Of a DNA stretch of 64,000 bases, positions 58,493 to 64,000 are shown one piece after another. The notes below the pieces were generated by a model. It had not been told where the DNA came from and did no database searches. It was given only the letters and a program-made list of their open reading frames with translations. Source of the DNA: an uncultured virus (IMG/VR IMGVR_UViG_3300044959_000200) (lineage: Duplodnaviria; Heunggongvirae; Uroviricota; Caudoviricetes); IMG/VR virus record IMGVR_UViG_3300044959_000200, positions 1 to 64,000 of that record; one strand, given 5' to 3'. The translations under genes were made by a program, and so were the position numbers. Positions within the stretch are counted from its first letter, which is position 1. Every line of letters begins with the position of its first letter.

Positions 58493-60107
58493 CAGTTGTG
58501 TTCTCGCCGTGACCGTGTATCACGGCGAGAACTTGATCGAGAAGAGCTTGGCAGCTCTTCGAAGGCGCCGTGTTCCGGCGCCCATAGTGCTGGGCAACGG
58601 TGTACGTACCGTTGCCCAGAGGACGCAGTTCGACGGTACTTCGCGTACCGTCGTCCGTACGCAACGCAAGGATTACTGATTCCCTGCGCTGCACATATGG
58701 AGCATAGCCCCCCACGCAATGCTCCATGTCTTTGCCCTCCTCTACGAGGGCGCGAGAGGTGCGCAACACGCGCACTCCCTTCGGGAGCTTCGCCTCCCAC
58801 GGAGGCGCAGGGGCGAGCTCCCTGTTCTCCTCTGCGAGGGCGGCAAGACGTGCCGCCGCCACACGCGCAATTGCGCGCCGCATAACGGCATCCACACCTG
58901 TGCCGCCCTCGCCGTTCAAATCCTCAGGCGCTACCTCGCCGAGGTAATCGAGATAGCGCCCGCGGACAACTTCGCCGTGCGGCCCGCGAAATTCGCGGTA
59001 CCGCACAAGCGCAGCTTCCTGTTCCGGTCTCCGCGCAATTTTTAGAATCCAGCGCGCTACCGGAACTGATCGCACCAGCCGTGCCGCGGCCCACAAATCG
59101 GAGTCGCGGAAGGCTTCATCTCTTTCCAAGAGCCAGCGTGGCAGCTGGTTCTCAGAAATTCCCTCTTTGAGGGAGGCGACCGCCTCCCCCCTAGTGAGAC
59201 CTGGGCGAACGGCCTCAGGTGCCTCGCCCAGGACGAGCCGCGCAATCGTGCGCGGCTCCAAGTACGGAGAGAAGGCAGGACAAAGGGCCCCGCCTTTTGC
59301 GATGGCGTGATCGCGCAAACGCGCAACCCATCGCACATCGAGATCGTAAACCTCGGCGAGCGCCCAAGCGATCGCCGGGCGGCGCTCAGGTGGCGCCGCC
59401 GAGATCTTTCGGTCCGCTTCAATCGCGGCATCGAGGTTAAGATGCCGCGTGCGGACCGTAGTGATGTGATCCGGATCGGACACCCCCCGTGCCCGATCCT
59501 CCTGTCGGGCGCGATCTAGCGCGCCCTGGAGCGCGATTGCTCGCGGCACTGCCGCAAGCCGCCCCAGCGTCGCAAGAGCGCGCGCTGAGACATAGTATGT
59601 GCCTGCGTGAGCTGCACGAAGCGCCCACACAGCCTGGGAAGCACTAAGGCCTCCCACGTTCGGCAACGGTGCGCCAGGGTGGCGCCGATACCAGAGAAGC
59701 AGCGCCACAAACCGACGCACTGATCCTGCTGAACGGTACCACGCATTCACCAGAATGCGTGCAGATGGGCCGTAATGACCCATCGCGTCCCAACCCCCAC
59801 GCCAAGCGTGGGGATTGCATCGCCGCTCAGCGTCGCGCGCGAGCGCAACAGCGGCAGCGGCTAAAGCCCTCGCAGGCACCTCCCACGGGGGCATAAAAGG
59901 CGGTATTCGCAGCTTATGCTGCGGAGCATACCGCCTAAAGATCGCGCGCCATCGCGCGATTCGCTCACTCCGGTCAGTGATCGGAGTGCCGCGGGGCTCA
60001 AGGCCCCGCCGTGCTCTTTCGGCGACGCATCGGAAGGCACGTGCCGTTGGCGCGCACCCCCATTCGTCGGCCGATTGTAAAATTATTTGTTTGGTCTCGA
60101 CGTTCAT
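58482..60107 (-). CDS. PcfJ-like domain protein, GC-rich
   Basis: C-terminal LVEEGKDMEHCVGGY...ILALR...TVEL...Q..G..N. Confidence 0.8.
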   Translation of the reverse strand: MNVETKQIILQSADEWGCAPTARAFRCVAERARRGLEPRGTPITDRSERIARWRAIFRRYAPQHKLRIPPFMPPWEVPARALAAAAVALARDAERRCNPHAWRGGWDAMGHYGPSARILVNAWYRSAGSVRRFVALLLWYRRHPGAPLPNVGGLSASQAVWALRAAHAGTYYVSARALATLGRLAAVPRAIALQGALDRARQEDRARGVSDPDHITTVRTRHLNLDAAIEADRKISAAPPERRPAIAWALAEVYDLDVRWVARLRDHAIAKGGALCPAFSPYLEPRTIARLVLGEAPEAVRPGLTRGEAVASLKEGISENQLPRWLLERDEAFRDSDLWAAARLVRSVPVARWILKIARRPEQEAALVRYREFRGPHGEVVRGRYLDYLGEVAPEDLNGEGGTGVDAVMRRAIARVAAARLAALAEENRELAPAPPWEAKLPKGVRVLRTSRALVEEGKDMEHCVGGYAPYVQRRESVILALRTDDGTRSTVELRPLGNGTYTVAQHYGRRNTAPSKSCQALLDQVLAVIHGHGENTTDAP

Positions 60108-60176
60108 GAGACTCCACGTACTTATACTGTGGAGTATCTGTTTTTTTATTTACTCATATAGATGAGTCTACATTTT

Positions 60177-63100
60177 TCATAAGTCGCTTGTATCGCTCGT
60201 GTACAAAGATGCTCTTTTTGACTTAGTTACCGGCGAGAGTTCGTGTTCATCTGGATCACGCAAATCTTCGAAGATTTCTTCTTCGGTGTAACCGTCTAGC
60301 TCAGCGATTGGAAGCGGTGGCGGAAGTTGAGCAAGATATTTATCTGCGCTCATCAATTCGCCATAGTTTGGGCCAAGCTCAACATCCCATCGATATGGCA
60401 CGGGAAGCCATGGACACTCACGTGCCACACGTTCGGTACCGTACTTTTTGAAAATTTCTGGCACTTGATGCGCGTACTTTTTCGGTACTTGAAAACCAAT
60501 TGAGTCATGTACGGTGAGTAGAATCCTCCCCTTGAGATCACGTTCAATTACGTCAGCAACCCAACACAGCACTGTCAAAACAATATCGCTGTTAGTCGCT
60601 TGTATTTTGAAGTTGACAGCTTGCCTTTCCGCTTTGGCGCGAAGAGCACTAGGAGCATACTTACCGAGCAAAAAACGGCGACGCCGTCCATGGTAAGTTT
60701 CTACAATGCCGAAAGTACGCATCTCCCAGATTGTCTGGTTGATGAACGTCTCTAATGTTGGAAACTTAGTAAATAGTAATTTCTTGATTTGCTGCGCCAA
60801 ATTGAGGTTGATGCCAGCAATTTCAGCGATTTTCTTCACACCGGCACCGTAAAGCAGCCCAAAGACAAGACGTTTGATATTGTCACGTAAAGCTTTGAGC
60901 CGCCTACCATACGCTTTATCTTCCAGCAAATCATCTTTGCCTTTGAGGAAATCGTCGTACGACCACGCATGTTCATCGTCAATGGCAGCGTTCGCCAATG
61001 CGATGCGTCGTTCTTCTCCGTGTAATCCGGCGGCAACGAGATCAGGATTAAGGCATTGTGATGCGAAAAAGCAGTGCGGATCCATGCCTTCAAGCAGGGC
61101 GTTGATCAATTCAGTATCTTTGGCATAACCCGCAAAAATTGAAATTTCAGCGCCTTTAGCGTCAGCATTACCAAAACAATAACTGTCATCGTCAGGAATG
61201 AAGAGCTTTTTACATTTCACACCTTCAAAGACAGGTTTGCCATCTGAGCCGAGCACAAGATTTCCGCGCATATCGCGCAGAGCTCCAATTTGGCCCTTGA
61301 TAATGTTTTGATTGTTGAAGCCGATGCCTTCAACGCCCGAGGACGATGAGAGGCGTCCAGTGGACGTACCTGTAATGTTGTAACCAGGATGAATGTGTCC
61401 ATCCCCGAACATATTGGACAAGATGCCGATGTTTTTGAAGAAGCTGTTTTTGGCTTTATCAGCTTTCTTCAGTGTCATCAGCAAATTCGCAAGCGGGCAC
61501 TTGTACCGTGTGACGAGACTCTTGAGTACAGCTTCGCTAGTTTGCATCTGCCCCTTTACGGTGTAATGCTCGGGGCGATACATGATTCGTCCGCCGACAT
61601 AGCGAACAGTATCAGGGTTTTCACGCGCAATTTGTTCAGCGAGCTCTGGATCTGGATGCTTGTAACCTACGCCTCCATAGAAAAGGTAGTGAGCTAATTT
61701 CTTCGGGCTATTCAATGGAAACTTCTCACCGCACAATTCGAAAATTTTTTCAGTAGTTGCAGTAATTGTGTTATCCAGCGCGCGGTTGCCCCATTCTAAG
61801 TAATCTTGGTCAATGTTGATGCCTAGATATTCGATCTTCGCAAGCTGTGTTTGTCGTGGAAGGTAGTCCTCTTTTACCAATCGGTGTAACGGCGCAGGAT
61901 GATTGCACAGAACTTCAACGCGATATTTTGACAGCTCACTATTTGGCGGCCCTGAAACAATTTCTTCATGGACTTGACGACGCCAGCGATCAAACTTGTC
62001 ATCTTCATCATACATACGTGCACTTTGTTTGATGGCAAGGCGTCGTGTAGCGTCAGCGTCAACAGCGGCGTAGAAGTAAAGCTCATCAAGGGAAATATTT
62101 TCGAAACCTCCTTTATGCTTACGCTCCTTAGCGGCTTCGCGCTCAGCCTTACCTGTAAATTCGCCGTTAGTTTTGGCGGCGAGCAACAAATTTAGATCGT
62201 CTAATTGCTGCTGAATGTGAGCTTGGTCAACTTTTCCTAAGGGTAGTTGTTTGAGCTTTTCTATGGCTTTCTTAATTGTTTCAGTACGAAAGCGGGCATT
62301 CTTAACGTGTCCAGCAGCAATGGCACGTTCAAGTGCTGCCGCAACCGTAGCTGGTAGTTTAACTGCACGTTTCGTCGAAACTTGCACTTCCGTAAAACGC
62401 GCAACGTCAGTTTTTACTAGTTCATCATGCAAGCGGTCTTCATAACCAGCGAGAAAGGGCAAGAATTGTTTAGTCAAATACTTGAGGTTGTATTGCCCTT
62501 TTTTGTCTTCTTCGAGCACATGTTCAGCACAAAATACATCCCACGCAATTTTTCCTACCTCACCAAGAGGCCAACCCAAACGCCAGAAAACTTTGAAATC
62601 GTACTTGGCATTGAACCAAATACACGGTTTACCACTTCGCAATAGCCAAACAATGTGTTCGTATGCTGCGGATGGATCATACGGCGTATCTTTGTGCCAA
62701 AGAGGCACTGTAGCCGCTTTACCATCATCCCATGCGAATGAAACGGCGATCAGTTTAGTGCCAGTCCAATGTGGATGTAGTGTATTAGTTTCGGTATCGA
62801 ACGAAATTTTCCAATCAAGAGGATCGATGCCAGGTCGCGTATAATCAAAAACATGCCGTACGAGAGCTTTCACCTCGGCAATGGTTTTTGGATAGATGTA
62901 ATCTTTTTCAATTTCTGCTCGCGTAAGTACACGAATTTCGGCGTGTGCCGCAATTCGCATAGCCCGCTCAACGTCGGCTAATACAGAACTATATTTGCCG
63001 ACCGCAGCGGCGAGGGACTTAAGCGACTGTGTAAAGACAACTGTGAGATACGCATCACCAAATTTCACATTTTCGAAAACGCGCCCAATAGCTTCTTTTT

Positions 63101-63626
63101 CAGACCGCACTGGGATACCAAGCGCATGAAGCGATGGTACACCACACGCGATAACTGTAAGCGAACGCTCTGGCGCGTTAGCCTGACGCATAGCCGCTAA
63201 CCGAGTAACTTCAGTTTTGAGCGGTGTGCGACATGCTGTGATGATTGCTTTACTAGGTGCGTCGACAGCACACTTTACGGCGTACACATATCGAAAGTTC
63301 AGCACAGCAAATTCTGGATGCCGGCGCTGTACTTCTTTGATTGCATTCTTCAGAACGCGTGCACCGTCCTCACGGAACGGTTGATGAAACAGCGAATTGT
63401 CTGGAATGGTTTGACCGCCGACAATTGACAGACGAGGTGCAATCGGCGCGTCACCGATAACGAGGATGTCCGCGTAATCTGGGCCATCCGAGTAGGGAAA
63501 GTAGTGTGTACCCTTAAAGGCAGGGCACGACGTACACCCCGGACCTGCTTTGTAAGCAAATTCGGGGCGCGCGCAAATATCACAGTGAAACGGAGGGGGC
63601 GCTTCCGATAGCGAGATTGACGCCAT
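60177..63626 (-). CDS. polA: Family A DNA polymerase with N-terminal UDG-like domain and 3'-5' exonuclease
   Basis: FDTET, FNAKYD, YAAVDA (exo I-III); TGRLSS; DAKGAE; KRLVFGLLYG; VHDS. Confidence 0.95.
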   Translation of the reverse strand: MASISLSEAPPPFHCDICARPEFAYKAGPGCTSCPAFKGTHYFPYSDGPDYADILVIGDAPIAPRLSIVGGQTIPDNSLFHQPFREDGARVLKNAIKEVQRRHPEFAVLNFRYVYAVKCAVDAPSKAIITACRTPLKTEVTRLAAMRQANAPERSLTVIACGVPSLHALGIPVRSEKEAIGRVFENVKFGDAYLTVVFTQSLKSLAAAVGKYSSVLADVERAMRIAAHAEIRVLTRAEIEKDYIYPKTIAEVKALVRHVFDYTRPGIDPLDWKISFDTETNTLHPHWTGTKLIAVSFAWDDGKAATVPLWHKDTPYDPSAAYEHIVWLLRSGKPCIWFNAKYDFKVFWRLGWPLGEVGKIAWDVFCAEHVLEEDKKGQYNLKYLTKQFLPFLAGYEDRLHDELVKTDVARFTEVQVSTKRAVKLPATVAAALERAIAAGHVKNARFRTETIKKAIEKLKQLPLGKVDQAHIQQQLDDLNLLLAAKTNGEFTGKAEREAAKERKHKGGFENISLDELYFYAAVDADATRRLAIKQSARMYDEDDKFDRWRRQVHEEIVSGPPNSELSKYRVEVLCNHPAPLHRLVKEDYLPRQTQLAKIEYLGINIDQDYLEWGNRALDNTITATTEKIFELCGEKFPLNSPKKLAHYLFYGGVGYKHPDPELAEQIARENPDTVRYVGGRIMYRPEHYTVKGQMQTSEAVLKSLVTRYKCPLANLLMTLKKADKAKNSFFKNIGILSNMFGDGHIHPGYNITGTSTGRLSSSSGVEGIGFNNQNIIKGQIGALRDMRGNLVLGSDGKPVFEGVKCKKLFIPDDDSYCFGNADAKGAEISIFAGYAKDTELINALLEGMDPHCFFASQCLNPDLVAAGLHGEERRIALANAAIDDEHAWSYDDFLKGKDDLLEDKAYGRRLKALRDNIKRLVFGLLYGAGVKKIAEIAGINLNLAQQIKKLLFTKFPTLETFINQTIWEMRTFGIVETYHGRRRRFLLGKYAPSALRAKAERQAVNFKIQATNSDIVLTVLCWVADVIERDLKGRILLTVHDSIGFQVPKKYAHQVPEIFKKYGTERVARECPWLPVPYRWDVELGPNYGELMSADKYLAQLPPPLPIAELDGYTEEEIFEDLRDPDEHELSPVTKSKRASLYTSDTSDL

Positions 63627-63716
63627 TTAACAGCTCCATTTCGGAAAGGGTTTGAGTTCGACCGTTTTGTAATACTGGAACTTAGATGTTCGTTTGTCTT
63701 TCAGTATCTACGGCTT

Positions 63717-64000
63717 TTATAAGTTGTTATTGAGAATATGATTGCGACGTACTAGTCCAGGTGGACCATCGTCGATTGAACCATTGACCTGATTACGGTC
63801 AACGTTGGGTTGCCGTTCGACAAACGATTTACGAAGATCAGAAACGACCTTTGAAACATCTATAACGGTAATTTCGTCAGTCCGCATTACACCGCCAAAA
63901 GAGCGCAAAGCGGACAAAACTTTAGCTGTGTCATATTGATGTTCGCGTTTAGAAAGAGGGTGCTGATCAAGCTGGTGCTTAAGTAAGTTTGGCGGAGTAC
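63717..64000 (-). CDS. 3' end of a gene truncated by the window edge
   Basis: Frame of 63717..63917 stays open to position 64000. Confidence 0.7.
   Translation of the reverse strand, partial: TPPNLLKHQLDQHPLSKREHQYDTAKVLSALRSFGGVMRTDEITVIDVSKVVSDLRKSFVERQPNVDRNQVNGSIDDGPPGLVRRNHILNNNL

Noticed and set aside
58492..60165. Many overlapping ORFs across the PcfJ-like gene
   Set aside because: Expected shadow frames in GC-rich DNA that has few stop codons.
1..64000. Stop-codon reassignment, tRNA genes, reverse transcriptase/DGR, integrase or transposase
   Set aside because: Conserved genes are intact under code 11 and all three stops are used; no cloverleaf, YxDD RT or recombinase motifs were recognised by eye.

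Overview
This window looks like 64 kb of a large tailed dsDNA bacteriophage, probably a contractile-tailed myovirus, in the standard genetic code. No host housekeeping genes, tRNAs or CRISPR-cas were recognised. Layout: (1) 1-1154 small minus-strand genes. (2) A 2.2 kb symmetric, repeat-rich locus (1261-3410) with converging arrays sharing a 19-bp core, 47-bp tandem repeats, a 47-bp inverted repeat with purine-pyrimidine tracts, and a central ribbon-helix-helix-like gene. (3) A mostly minus-strand early/middle block (4-25.6 kb): DUF1653-dCMP deaminase fusion, ThyX, XRE regulator, UvrD and DinG helicases, GHKL ATPase, many small Zn-finger and hypothetical genes, and a few isolated plus-strand envelope/lysis-like genes. 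(4) A plus-strand tail module (25.7-48.7 kb): frameshifted tail chaperones, tape measure, hub, sigma factor, amidase-like protein, gp25, baseplate J, wedge, fibres. (5) Class II RNR and RuvC. (6) Structural genes, terminase large subunit and DNA methyltransferase. (7) A GC-rich PcfJ-like gene and a UDG-fused family A DNA polymerase. The two most unusual signals are the symmetric repeat/RHH locus and a motif, TTTACG[C/G]CGT, found by eye 20 times across the window, which shares an ACGCCG core with the arrays. All family assignments come from motif recognition by eye; no searches were run.
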